Below are positions 1 to 9,726 of a stretch of 64,000 bases of DNA, in pieces (positions within the stretch are counted from its first letter, which is position 1; the number at the start of each line of letters is the position of its first letter). The stretch lies in assembly GCA_028715175.1 (NCBI GenBank), contig JAQUSJ010000001.1, forward strand, positions 340,550-404,549, read 5' to 3'. The stretch is from Candidatus Daviesbacteria bacterium (GTDB lineage Bacteria; Patescibacteriota; Microgenomatia; Daviesbacterales; UBA10151). Made by a program: the position numbers and the translations under genes. The notes beneath the pieces are model-generated. The model worked only from the letters and a program-made list of their open reading frames with translations. It had not been told where the DNA came from and searched no databases.

Positions 1-2
1 TC

Positions 3-830
3 GCCGGATTGATCATTTCTAATACTTCCTTTGTACTGGCTTTAATATTTCTCTTCGAGCTGATAAAGATTGATTTTTCAAAACAAATAGCATATTTGAC
101 AATTATTTTAATATTGATTTTTCCAACCTCGTTTTATTTTGGTGCAGTTTATAACGAATCGCTATTTTTGCTTTTGTCAGTTCTATCTTTTTATAATGCG
201 AGAAAAGGGAATTGGTTTATTGCAGGAGTGGCAGGTATGGTTTCGTCTGCAACTAGAGTTTTTGGCGTTTTCCTTTTACCGGCACTTTTAATTGAAGCCT
301 GGCAGCAGAAGGTAGATTTTTCCAGAGCTTTTTGGATTTTGTTGATTCCCTTTGGCCTTGGAGCGTATATGTGGTATTTACAAGCCAGCGTTGGAGATCC
401 TATTGCTTTTTACAATTTTCAGACTTTGGTCGGGGAGCAACATCAAAGAGGGATAATTACTTTACCTCAAGTCTATTTTCGTTATCTTAAAATGTTCGTA
501 ACTACAAGTATCCAAAATCCGATATTTCAAACCCTAATATTAGAATTTCTTACGGGGTTGATATTTTTTTTACTTCCTGTCTATGGTTACATAAAAAAGA
601 TTAGACTTTCGTATTTGGTTTACGCGATGTTTGTGTTTTTAACGCCAACTATTCAAGGGAGCTTTTCGTCAATCCCCCGCTATGTAATTATTTTATTTCC
701 TTCATTTCTGGCAGCTGCTATATGGTTTAGTCATTTGCCAAAATTATTTAGGGCAATATTTTTGATTGTTTCTGCCCTCTTGCTTATTGCAGAAACGACA
801 CTTTTTTTAAGGGGATATTGGGTAGCATGA
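3..830 (+). CDS. PIG-V/Mannosyl_trans2-like GT-C membrane mannosyltransferase (5'-truncated by window edge)
   Basis: Frame is open from position 3. Polytopic protein with FPTSFYFGAVYNESLFLLL..ATRVFG and S(I)PRY motifs typical of PIG-V-like enzymes. Confidence 0.75.
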   Translation, partial: AGLIISNTSFVLALIFLFELIKIDFSKQIAYLTIILILIFPTSFYFGAVYNESLFLLLSVLSFYNARKGNWFIAGVAGMVSSATRVFGVFLLPALLIEAWQQKVDFSRAFWILLIPFGLGAYMWYLQASVGDPIAFYNFQTLVGEQHQRGIITLPQVYFRYLKMFVTTSIQNPIFQTLILEFLTGLIFFLLPVYGYIKKIRLSYLVYAMFVFLTPTIQGSFSSIPRYVIILFPSFLAAAIWFSHLPKLFRAIFLIVSALLLIAETTLFLRGYWVA

Positions 831-2092
831 AAAAATATATTAAAGGGATAGTTACACATCCGTTATTTTCTGGAAGCGCCATTATGGTAATCGGTTCAAA
901 TAGCGTTAGTTTTATAAACTACTTATATCATTTGGTAATGGGAAGAATGCTTGGACCTGCAGGATACGGAGAATTGGCATCGCTTATTGCATTAATCGGT
1001 CTTGTGGGTATAATCCCTGGATCGGTGAGCCTTGTAATTGTCAAACAAGTCTCCTCTGCTAGAAGCGATCAGGAGATAAGTAATGTAATAGGATGGCTTA
1101 AGGCAAAGATCTTTTTAGCAGCTGTAATTTTTTCAATTTCTGTTTTGGTAATCTCCCCTTTTATTGCGTCTTTTTTGAATATTCATAAAACTTCTTATTT
1201 AATATTTATTGCAGTATCTTTTTTATTTTCTCTCCAGGCGGGTTTATTCAGAGCAATACTGCAGGGTCTTTTGAAATTTAAAGAGATGATTTTCAGTATG
1301 TTAATTGAAAATAGTGCAAAATTTATTCTAAGTATTTCTCTGGTATATCTGGGATTTCAAGTTAGCGGGGTAATGTTTTCTTTGGTTATATCTGCGATCT
1401 TAGGTTTATATATTACTAATTATTATTTAAGATACCGAACTGTAAATAATACTAAGCCATCATCACATGTTAAATCAATGATGTCATTTTTAATACCTTT
1501 TACTTTACAGTCCGTTGCAATAACTTCCCTTTATTCCTCGGACGTTATTTTAGTAAAACATTTCTTTCCTGCCCACGAGGCAGGTATTTATGCGGCACTG
1601 TCTACATTGGGAAAGATAATTTTTTTTGGTACAGGTCCTATTAACACGGTAATGTTTCCTTTGGTTTCCCAAAGAAAAGCTAAAGGGCAGGATTATAAGA
1701 AAATTTTTAAATATAGTTTTCTCATGACTGCGTTGGGAGCAATTTTCGTCTCGGGATTGTATTGGTTATTCCCAACTTTTGCTATAAATTTGCTTTATGG
1801 CAGCGCGTATCTTGAAGCAAAAAATTTATTAATCTGGTTTGCGGTTTTTATTAGTTTGTTTACCCTGGGATCGCTATTAGTAAGTTATTTATTGTCTTTA
1901 GGAAAAACCAAAGTTGTGGTATTTCCTCTTACAGCAGCCACCCTTCAAATTATTGCAATTATTTTCTTTCATCAAAATTTGCTTACAGTTATATCAATTT
2001 CAATTATTATAACCGCTTTACTACTTGTAGCCTTGCTTATATACTCTATATATGGAAATAAGATTAATTTCAGTAATCGTCCCATGTTATAA
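827..2092 (+). CDS. Wzx-like oligosaccharide flippase (MOP superfamily)
   Basis: About 12 TM segments; GRMLGPAGYG, SDVILVKHFF..EAGIYAA, LLYG..Y motifs. ATG at 827 overlaps the upstream TGA. Confidence 0.85.
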   Translation: MKKYIKGIVTHPLFSGSAIMVIGSNSVSFINYLYHLVMGRMLGPAGYGELASLIALIGLVGIIPGSVSLVIVKQVSSARSDQEISNVIGWLKAKIFLAAVIFSISVLVISPFIASFLNIHKTSYLIFIAVSFLFSLQAGLFRAILQGLLKFKEMIFSMLIENSAKFILSISLVYLGFQVSGVMFSLVISAILGLYITNYYLRYRTVNNTKPSSHVKSMMSFLIPFTLQSVAITSLYSSDVILVKHFFPAHEAGIYAALSTLGKIIFFGTGPINTVMFPLVSQRKAKGQDYKKIFKYSFLMTALGAIFVSGLYWLFPTFAINLLYGSAYLEAKNLLIWFAVFISLFTLGSLLVSYLLSLGKTKVVVFPLTAATLQIIAIIFFHQNLLTVISISIIITALLLVALLIYSIYGNKINFSNRPML

Positions 2093-2858
2093 ACAAGAAC
2101 GAACAATTATTGGAAATCTAAAAAGGATTAAAGAGGTTTTAGATAAACTCCGTTATCCTACAGAATTAATTTGTGTGGTAGACGGGAAGATCGATAAAAC
2201 ATTCGAGAAAGCTTCAAAATTTGCCAAGAAATACGAAAACGTTCAAGTGGTCGGATACGAAACGAATCGAGGCAAAGGTTATGCAATCCGTTTTGGAATG
2301 GCTGAAAGCCATGGAGATATCATAGGTTTTATTGATGCGGGTATGGATTTAAATCCAAACGGTTTATCAATGCTTTTAGAGCATTTTGAATGGTATGATG
2401 CTGATATTATTGCAGGTTCTAAAAGGCATCCGGTATCTAAGGTGTGTTATCCTTGGCAAAGAAGAATTCTTTCTATGGGATATCAATTTCTCGTCTGGTT
2501 ATTATTTGGACTCAAAATTAGGGATACACAAGTGGGGATGAAATTTTTCAAAAGAGAAGTGCTGGAAAAAGTACTCCCCAGGCTTTTGGTGAAACGGTTT
2601 GCTTTCGATGTGGAAATGCTGGCAGTTGCCAATGATTTAGGATTTACAAGAATTTTTGAAGCACCTATTGATATCGCATTGCGCTTCGGAGGTACCTCTA
2701 CTCTCACTAGCCAGCAATTTCTAAGGACAGTTTTCGCTATGTTTGTGGATACTCTGGCAGTTTTCTACAGGTTGAAAATATTAAATTACTATTCAGATAA
2801 GAATAAACGAAAATGGAGATTTGATCCGGAATTAAATTTCAGAGTAAATGTTGGATGA
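2052..2858 (+). CDS. GT2, dolichyl/polyprenyl-phosphate glucosyltransferase (ALG5/DPG-synthase)-like
   Basis: SVIVPCY, VVDG, NRGKGYA, FIDAG, GSKRH, DTQVGMKFF, FAFDVE motifs. Confidence 0.8.
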   Translation: MEIRLISVIVPCYKQERTIIGNLKRIKEVLDKLRYPTELICVVDGKIDKTFEKASKFAKKYENVQVVGYETNRGKGYAIRFGMAESHGDIIGFIDAGMDLNPNGLSMLLEHFEWYDADIIAGSKRHPVSKVCYPWQRRILSMGYQFLVWLLFGLKIRDTQVGMKFFKREVLEKVLPRLLVKRFAFDVEMLAVANDLGFTRIFEAPIDIALRFGGTSTLTSQQFLRTVFAMFVDTLAVFYRLKILNYYSDKNKRKWRFDPELNFRVNVG

Positions 2859-4885
2859 AAATTCTACAGATTGTTATTATAGTTGTTAGTTTTTTTGTAT
2901 GGATATTGCCGAATCATGCTTTAGCTAAAACAGAAACCCTCAATCAATTTGTAAATATAGTTAATCCGGTTCGTATATCTGCATATACTAAGGATCCTAA
3001 AGCGAGTATAGCTTCTCAGTATTTCGAAGTTACAAAAAGAAACCTTCCGGCAACTTGGCTTTTTACTTATGATGCAATACAAAATGATGGAGTTAGGTCT
3101 ATTGCTAATACAATGGATCGAAATCAAGAATTAGGTCTTTTTTTAGAGGTGACACCGCTTTTTGCACGGGATGCGGGTGTAATTTATAATCAAACAGATT
3201 CCTGGCATAGATCAAATTCACTTTTTTTGTCCGGATATACGCAAGATGATAGAGAAAAATTAATTGATCAGGTTTTTAATAAATTTAGAGAAAAATTTGG
3301 CTTTTATCCTGTTTCCGTAGGATCTTGGTGGATTGATAGTTTTTCATTAGAATACATGAAAAATAAGTATGGTGTGATCGCAAATTTGACTTGCGCTGAT
3401 CAATTCGAGACTGATGGGTATCATATTTGGGGGCAGTATTGGAGCACACCTTTTTTCCCAAGTAGATATCATGCCGGCATGCCTGCAAATGATATAAATT
3501 CAAAACTTGATTTGGTGACTATTCAATGGGCAGAGAGAGATCCTTTAAACGGATACGGGAAAGGGCCTGCAAGCCTTTTTAGTACCCAGGATTATTTTGA
3601 TATTGATTACTTTCAAGAACTGGTTCGTTTTTATGCCGAAAAACATAGTAATAGCTTTGGACAAATCACAATTGGCTTGGAAGGAGATTTTACACAAGAG
3701 ACATATGCAGGTACTTTTGCGAGGCAACTTGATTTTGTTTTGGATATGAAAAATAAAGGTCTTGTTGATGTGGTAACGATGAAAGATTTTGCCGGTTGGT
3801 ATAGAAATAGTTTTCCTACAATTTCCCCTTCTCAGATTCTTGAAACAGAAGATTTTTTGGGTAAAAAGATTAAAGCAATTTGGTATCAATCACCTTTTTT
3901 AAGAGCTCATTTGACTTACAATTACGAGACTTATGAAACAAAATTTTTAGATCTTCGATTTTATTTTAATAATTTTGAGGAACCTTATTATGTTTCTCCT
4001 AATCGCGATCTTGATTTATTTATCAATATACCATCAATTATTGATTCAGCCAGTGATGAGAAAGAAGCATGGGTTGTTTTAAAGAAGAAATTGGAGGAAA
4101 TAAATGTTAATGGTAGTGATTTAGTTTTGAAATATCAGGATGGAGCTTTGATCAAATTATCGAAAGATAATTTAACTTTTTCAGGGAAGATAAATCAGAT
4201 ACCAAAGGCTTTAACTCATACACCTGCTGCTAAAATAAATAAGCAAGACAATCTCTTCTTGATATCCCCCGTAAAGAGTTGGATTTTTTCTCAAGACGGA
4301 CTAGTATTTAGAGATTTAACTCCCGAAGCCACAAATTTTCTAAGACAGAAAAGGATTATGGTTGCGGAAGCTATAATCCTACTTATTTTTACAACCGCCC
4401 TATTTTTTATTCTAAAAAGAGATTCGTCTAAGAAGAAACGCCTTTTTTCAGCAATTACAATATCGTCAATAATTTTTGGTATATTTTTTTTGTACAATTC
4501 TAATACCCGAAATTACTTTGTATCTCAATCAGAACTGGATGCGTTAATACGTTTATCATTAATGCCGGATGGTAAAATTGTAGTTTTTGATAGGGTTTGT
4601 TTGCAGTGCTCATTCCACACAAAATACTTACCTGCAGTTTTTTCCAATAAACGTAGTTATGTACCTAATGTATCTAAAAAGAAAGTTGTGTATAATTCTT
4701 CAGTTTTTACCGCTAAAACCAGGGAAGAAGCTAGGAAAGAGTTAGTTAAGCTTGAAGCGAACTATATTTATGCAGTAAGATATGAAGATTATAAGGAGAT
4801 AGTTCCATTTTCGCCGGGAGATCTTAATCTTGAAGAAATTTATTCTAATGCGAATGTAATTATTTGGAGGATAAGGAAAAATTGA
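2855..4885 (+). CDS. Secreted/membrane protein: glycoside-hydrolase/deacetylase-like barrel, two TM helices, C-terminal soluble domain
   Basis: Signal peptide (..NHALA); VNIVNPVR, ATWLFTYDA, GYTQDDREKLID..FGFYPVSVGSWWID..CADQ..TDGY..WG motifs recalled from an uncharacterised Bacteroidetes-type barrel family; two hydrophobic helices near residues 500-550. Confidence 0.55.
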   Translation: MKILQIVIIVVSFFVWILPNHALAKTETLNQFVNIVNPVRISAYTKDPKASIASQYFEVTKRNLPATWLFTYDAIQNDGVRSIANTMDRNQELGLFLEVTPLFARDAGVIYNQTDSWHRSNSLFLSGYTQDDREKLIDQVFNKFREKFGFYPVSVGSWWIDSFSLEYMKNKYGVIANLTCADQFETDGYHIWGQYWSTPFFPSRYHAGMPANDINSKLDLVTIQWAERDPLNGYGKGPASLFSTQDYFDIDYFQELVRFYAEKHSNSFGQITIGLEGDFTQETYAGTFARQLDFVLDMKNKGLVDVVTMKDFAGWYRNSFPTISPSQILETEDFLGKKIKAIWYQSPFLRAHLTYNYETYETKFLDLRFYFNNFEEPYYVSPNRDLDLFINIPSIIDSASDEKEAWVVLKKKLEEINVNGSDLVLKYQDGALIKLSKDNLTFSGKINQIPKALTHTPAAKINKQDNLFLISPVKSWIFSQDGLVFRDLTPEATNFLRQKRIMVAEAIILLIFTTALFFILKRDSSKKKRLFSAITISSIIFGIFFLYNSNTRNYFVSQSELDALIRLSLMPDGKIVVFDRVCLQCSFHTKYLPAVFSNKRSYVPNVSKKKVVYNSSVFTAKTREEARKELVKLEANYIYAVRYEDYKEIVPFSPGDLNLEEIYSNANVIIWRIRKN

Positions 4886-6003
4886 ATATCTTAATTTTAT
4901 CTTGGAGGGGGCCGGGTCATCCGAATGCCGGAGGTGCTGAAATTTCTACTCATGAACACGCTAAAGGATGGGTTAAAGGAGGTCATCAGGTTACTCTTTT
5001 TACATCTTTATATCCTCGAGCAAATAAAGAGGAAATTGTAGACGGCGTGAGGATTGTCAGACGAGGAGGACAAGTTTTAGGCGTTCATTGGGAAGCTTTT
5101 AAATGGTATGTATTTGAAAATCATCAAAAATACGATTTGGTGGTAGATCAATTTCACGGCATCCCGTTTTTTACTCCTTTTTATGTTAAGGTTAGAAAAT
5201 TAGCTTTTATTCATGAAGTAACCAAAGAAGTATGGCGTCTAAATCCTTGGCCATGGCCATTTTGTTTAGGACCAAAGATACTCGGTCCCATTATTGAACC
5301 TCTTATATTTAAGTTATTCTATAGGAATATTCCATTTATGACAGTTTCCGAATCAACGAGAAAAGACCTGATAGAATGGGGAATCCCCAGGCAAAATATA
5401 AACGTAATTCATAATGGCATACAATTTCCAAGAATGGTTTTTCCTAAAAAACAAACAAAAAAAACAATAACGTTTCTGGGAGCTTTGGCAAAAGACAAAG
5501 GGATCGAAGATGCAATCAATATTTTTTCTATACTGCAGAGAAGATACAAGGATAGTCTTCAATACTGGATTATTGGGAAGGCCGACAGTCGATATCAAAA
5601 TTTTTTAAAAAATTTAATAACTAGTTTAGGTCTTACTGATGTTAAGTTTTGGGATTTTGTTTCAGAGAAAAAGAAGTTTGAGTTATTAGCAGGGTCTTAT
5701 ATTTTAATAAATCCCTCAATACGTGAAGGTTGGGGATTGGTGGTTATTGAGGCTGCTAGGGTCGGAACCCCTACAATAGCTTTTGATGTGTCTGGTCTTA
5801 GAGATTCTGTGATAGATAATAAGACGGGTGTTTTAAGTAAAGGTTTGACACAAAAGGATTTAGCTGATCAAGTAATAAATCTATTGGAAAATGAGCAAAA
5901 ATATAATAGAATGAGTCAAGCTGCAATGATATGGAGTAGGAATTTCTCATGGGAGAAAGCTTCAGCAATGAGTTTATGTCTGATTGAAAAAATAGCAGAT
6001 TAA
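4882..6003 (+). CDS. GT4 family glycosyltransferase
   Basis: HPNAGGAE, KDKG, PSIREGWGLVVIEA (EX7E). The TTG at 4882, overlapping the upstream TGA, is preferred over 4864. Confidence 0.9.
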   Translation: MNILILSWRGPGHPNAGGAEISTHEHAKGWVKGGHQVTLFTSLYPRANKEEIVDGVRIVRRGGQVLGVHWEAFKWYVFENHQKYDLVVDQFHGIPFFTPFYVKVRKLAFIHEVTKEVWRLNPWPWPFCLGPKILGPIIEPLIFKLFYRNIPFMTVSESTRKDLIEWGIPRQNINVIHNGIQFPRMVFPKKQTKKTITFLGALAKDKGIEDAINIFSILQRRYKDSLQYWIIGKADSRYQNFLKNLITSLGLTDVKFWDFVSEKKKFELLAGSYILINPSIREGWGLVVIEAARVGTPTIAFDVSGLRDSVIDNKTGVLSKGLTQKDLADQVINLLENEQKYNRMSQAAMIWSRNFSWEKASAMSLCLIEKIAD

Positions 6004-6017
6004 CAAGATTTAAGTAT

Positions 6018-7004
6018 ATGATTAAAAAAAAGAAAATAGCGATTACAGGAGCCGGTGGTTTTATTGGACATCATCTGGTTACTTATCTTCGGAAGAAAGG
6101 TTGCTTCGTTCGTGGTATTGATTTAAAACTTCCGGAATATAAAACTTCAGACGCCGATGAATTTTTATTGCTTGATTTAAGAAAGAAAGAAAATGCACTA
6201 GAAGCAACTAAGGGCGTGGATTATGTTTATGCGCTAGCAGCTGATATGGGTGGGATGGGTTATATTTCATCGCATAATGCGTTGATTTTATATAATAATG
6301 CTGCAATTAATTTAAATACCTTAGAATCTGCAAGAATAAATAAGGTAAAAAGACTGTTTTATTCGTCTTCAGCTTGTATTTATCCGGAATATAAACAAAT
6401 AAAAGCAAAGTTAGCTCCGTTGAAAGAGGAAGATGCATATCCCGCCCAACCACAGGATGCATATGGTTGGGAAAAGCTCTTTACAGAACTTATTGCGCGA
6501 TACTATAAAGAAGATTATGGTTTAGAAACCAGGGTAGCAAGGTTTCATAATATTTTTGGTCCGTTTGGCACCTGGGATGGAGGAAGAGAAAAAGCCCCAG
6601 CGGCTATTTGCAGAAAAGTCGCCATAGCCAAATTGACAGGCAAAAATAAAATAGAAATTTGGGGGGACGGGAAACAAACAAGATCATTCTGTTACATTGA
6701 TGATTGTACGAAAGGAATTTATAAATTAATGATGTCTGATTTTTCTGAACCTCTCAATATAGGTCAAGATAGAATGGTAACTATAGATCAGTTGGTTGAC
6801 ATAATCTCTGAAATTGCAGGAGTAAAATTAAAGAAAAATCATATTCTTGGACCTCAAGGTGTCAGAGGAAGGAATTCTGATAATAGTAAATTAAGGAAAA
6901 TTTTAAAATGGGAACCGGAAATCTCACTTGAAAAAGGCCTAGAAAAGACTTATAAATGGATAGAGAGACAAGTAGAAGGAAATTATATTAAGGAAACAAA
7001 ATAA
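6018..7004 (+). CDS. GDP-mannose 3,5-epimerase-like extended SDR
   Basis: GAGGFIG, LAADMGGMGYI, SSSACIYP, PQDAYGWEK, GGREKAPAAICRK, GVRGRNSDN. These are GME-subfamily signatures including the catalytic Cys, Tyr and Lys. Confidence 0.85.
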   Translation: MIKKKKIAITGAGGFIGHHLVTYLRKKGCFVRGIDLKLPEYKTSDADEFLLLDLRKKENALEATKGVDYVYALAADMGGMGYISSHNALILYNNAAINLNTLESARINKVKRLFYSSSACIYPEYKQIKAKLAPLKEEDAYPAQPQDAYGWEKLFTELIARYYKEDYGLETRVARFHNIFGPFGTWDGGREKAPAAICRKVAIAKLTGKNKIEIWGDGKQTRSFCYIDDCTKGIYKLMMSDFSEPLNIGQDRMVTIDQLVDIISEIAGVKLKKNHILGPQGVRGRNSDNSKLRKILKWEPEISLEKGLEKTYKWIERQVEGNYIKETK

Positions 7005-7006
7005 CA

Positions 7007-7510
7007 ATGAAATTAGTTGCAGGGTTTTTTACAATATCCCTTTTTGTAATAATATTTTTTTCTACGCCATTTGATTTAATTTATGCTAATGAGGTTGAGC
7101 AGTTGGGTTTACCAGAAACCACCGTTAATCCCGGTTCGTTTTATTACTCTTTCAAAAGATTATTTGAAAAAGGTCAAGAAAAATTACTTTTTTTCCAGCA
7201 ATCCAAAAAAAGTTTTTATGAATCTTTAGTAAAAATGAGACTTTCGGAATTAAATTATGTAATTGACAAAAAAGCTTTATCAGAAGTTCAGCGTAGCAGT
7301 GAAAGATTTGCCTATCAAGCGGGTATTCTGACTGAAGAAGTAATAAAACAAAATCAAATTAACGATAAAGAAAATCTGATTAAAGAATTTGATAGGTACA
7401 ACAAATTCCTGTCTAATTTAAGAGATAAATATCCGGCAAATTCTAGTTTTTGGATGTTAGTTCAGCATGATATTAATACCCTAAATATATCATCTAATCG
7501 TTTGAAATAA
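7007..7510 (+). CDS. Secreted/membrane-anchored DUF5667-like helical protein
   Basis: N-terminal signal/TM; NPGSFYYSFKRLFEK....K..F...L...RLSE pattern common in CPR proteins. Confidence 0.55.
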   Translation: MKLVAGFFTISLFVIIFFSTPFDLIYANEVEQLGLPETTVNPGSFYYSFKRLFEKGQEKLLFFQQSKKSFYESLVKMRLSELNYVIDKKALSEVQRSSERFAYQAGILTEEVIKQNQINDKENLIKEFDRYNKFLSNLRDKYPANSSFWMLVQHDINTLNISSNRLK

Positions 7511-7540
7511 GTTTTAAATTAAACTAGGGTCAAAAAACTA

Positions 7541-7569
7541 TTGCAATAACTATTTTCTCCAGGTAGAAT
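7541..7569 (+). promoter_or_regulatory. sigma70-type promoter TTGCAA-N17-TAGAAT
   Basis: Near-consensus -35 and -10 with 17-nt spacer, ending 8 nt before ATG 7578. Confidence 0.6.
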
Positions 7570-7577
7570 GTTTCGAT

Positions 7578-8846
7578 ATGAGTGTCGGGGCAAGGGAAAG
7601 AGGAACTGTTAAAAGAGAAGTCTTTAGGTTAGAAGTTTGCCGGGCTTGTGGAAGCAATAAATTATTGTTGTTTCTTCAATTGGGGCCTACACCTGCGCCT
7701 AATGGATTCTTGAAAGCGCACCACCGCCATCAGGCAGAAAAGTTTTATCCGCTTGATGTTTGTTTTTGTCAGGATTGTGGATTAGTGCAGCTTGCTCATG
7801 TTGTCTCTCCCCAAATAATGTTTAAAAATTACGTATATATTCCTTCTACATCTGAAACTATGCGTAATCATTTTGCCGGTTTGGCATTAGATGCTATCAA
7901 AAAAACAGCGGCAAAAGAAGACGATTTAGTAATAGATATCGGCAGTAATGACGGTACGCTCTTAAAATCGTTTAAAGCACACAAAATGAAGATATTGGGA
8001 GTTGATCCGGCTGAGAATCTTGTAAAAAAAGCAAACAAAGAAGGGGTGAATACAATGTGCGCTTTATTTACTAATAAGCTGGCAAAAGAAATTAAAAAAA
8101 AGTATGGGAAAGCCAGGATTATTACCGGTACTAATGTTGTTGCACACGTGCATGATCTAAACGATTTCCTGGAAGGTATAAATGCCCTTCTTTCTGATGA
8201 AGGATTATTTATTTGTGAGTTTCCATATTTAATTGGTTTGCTTGAGGGGATTGAGTTCGACACTATTTACCAGGAACATCTTTCTTATTTTTCAATTTCA
8301 CCGTTTAATAGATTATTAAAAAGACATGGGTTAACTTTAATTGATGTCCAAAGGCTTCCGGTTCATGGAGGTTCCGTGAGAGTTTTTGTCAGTAAAAAAT
8401 CCCTACCACAAAGTATGCGCGTAAAGAATTTACTGAAACTTGAGGAAAAAAAGAAAATTTTAAAACAGGAGACATATTTAAAGTTTAGAAAAAAGGTAGA
8501 TAAAGTGAGGCATGAATTAGTCCAATTGCTTTGGACCCTGCGGATAAAGAACAAAAGTATTGTGGGTTACGGTGCATCCGCAAAAGGAAATATAATATTG
8601 AATTATTGTAGAATTGGACCGGAAACATTAGATTATATCGTTGATTCTATATCGTATAAACAAGGTAAATTTACTCCGGGAATGCATATTCCGATTTTTC
8701 CAGAGTCGAAACTTTTAGAAGATCAACCTGATTATACTTTGCTTCTAGCTTGGAATTTTGCTGATGAGATAATAAAAAAGCAATCAGAGTATCGGAAACG
8801 CGGGGGAAAATTTATTCTTGCGTTACCTAAATTGACAATTGTTTAG
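7578..8846 (+). CDS. NDP-hexose C-methyltransferase (TcaB9/EryBIII/NovU-like; Zn-binding, SAM and C-terminal domains)
   Basis: CRAC..CQDC zinc site, DIGSNDG, NVVAH, IYQEHLSYFS, HGGS, YGASAKG, LLAWNF. Confidence 0.85.
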   Translation: MSVGARERGTVKREVFRLEVCRACGSNKLLLFLQLGPTPAPNGFLKAHHRHQAEKFYPLDVCFCQDCGLVQLAHVVSPQIMFKNYVYIPSTSETMRNHFAGLALDAIKKTAAKEDDLVIDIGSNDGTLLKSFKAHKMKILGVDPAENLVKKANKEGVNTMCALFTNKLAKEIKKKYGKARIITGTNVVAHVHDLNDFLEGINALLSDEGLFICEFPYLIGLLEGIEFDTIYQEHLSYFSISPFNRLLKRHGLTLIDVQRLPVHGGSVRVFVSKKSLPQSMRVKNLLKLEEKKKILKQETYLKFRKKVDKVRHELVQLLWTLRIKNKSIVGYGASAKGNIILNYCRIGPETLDYIVDSISYKQGKFTPGMHIPIFPESKLLEDQPDYTLLLAWNFADEIIKKQSEYRKRGGKFILALPKLTIV

Positions 8847-9726
8847 CGAGGGTCTCGATTGTTTCTTCCCATTTATTGAATTTGAGTTTGAGTATTTTTT
8901 GAGTCTTCTCCACTTTTAATCCTCCGTATTGCGGATATCTAGGTAGATTATTTTTTAGAAATCCTTCTATGCTAGTTTGTTTTACAACCTCCTTTTTACC
9001 TCTCGCTTTCTCTATCAGGAAATTTGCTAATTTAAATGGAGTAAAAATATTAGTACTGGAAATATGGTAAATTCCTGGTAGCCTTTTTGTTAAAAGTATT
9101 TCTAGACAATGTGTGACCTCGTCAATATATGTCAAGGTTAAATATTGATTATTAAACATAGGGTGAATCTTTTCCGTATCGTAAAGATTAAGAATTTTGC
9201 GGATATAATCTAGCTTACCGTCGTATTTAACTCTAACAGGGTTTGCAATTCGCAAAATTGCAGGATTTTTTAAATTGTTTACAATCAGCTTTTCTCCTTC
9301 TTTTTTGGTCCACCCATACCAGGATAATAGATTAAGATTATTCTCGGTAGGATAATTTTCATCATAGGGTCCAGGGTTATCTTTATTTCCAGAAAAAACT
9401 GCATCAGTGGATATATAGATAAAATATGTCTGATCTCCTGCAGCTTTAATTAGATTTGCCGTACCTTCTACATTAACAATCCAACAAAGAGCTTGTTTAT
9501 TATTTCTTTCTTCTTCAGCTCCTGTTACGTCAGTAAATGCTGCAAAATGCATAATAGTATCCGGTTTGTGTAATTTAAAGAAATTTTCTACGGATTTTTT
9601 ATCTGTGATATTTAACTCTTCTACTGAAGGCGTAAGAATAATATCTCCACTTTTTAAACTTGGGTGATAGTTTTCAACAAAATGAGAGCCAACTAAGCCA
9701 TTGCCGCCGGTTATTAGTATTTTCAT
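8827..9726 (-). CDS. RmlD-like NDP-4-keto-6-deoxyhexose reductase
   Basis: GGNGLVG, HFAAFTDV..AE, YISTDAVF, YGWTK (YxxxK). Confidence 0.75.
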   Translation of the reverse strand: MKILITGGNGLVGSHFVENYHPSLKSGDIILTPSVEELNITDKKSVENFFKLHKPDTIMHFAAFTDVTGAEEERNNKQALCWIVNVEGTANLIKAAGDQTYFIYISTDAVFSGNKDNPGPYDENYPTENNLNLLSWYGWTKKEGEKLIVNNLKNPAILRIANPVRVKYDGKLDYIRKILNLYDTEKIHPMFNNQYLTLTYIDEVTHCLEILLTKRLPGIYHISSTNIFTPFKLANFLIEKARGKKEVVKQTSIEGFLKNNLPRYPQYGGLKVEKTQKILKLKFNKWEETIETLAKQLSI

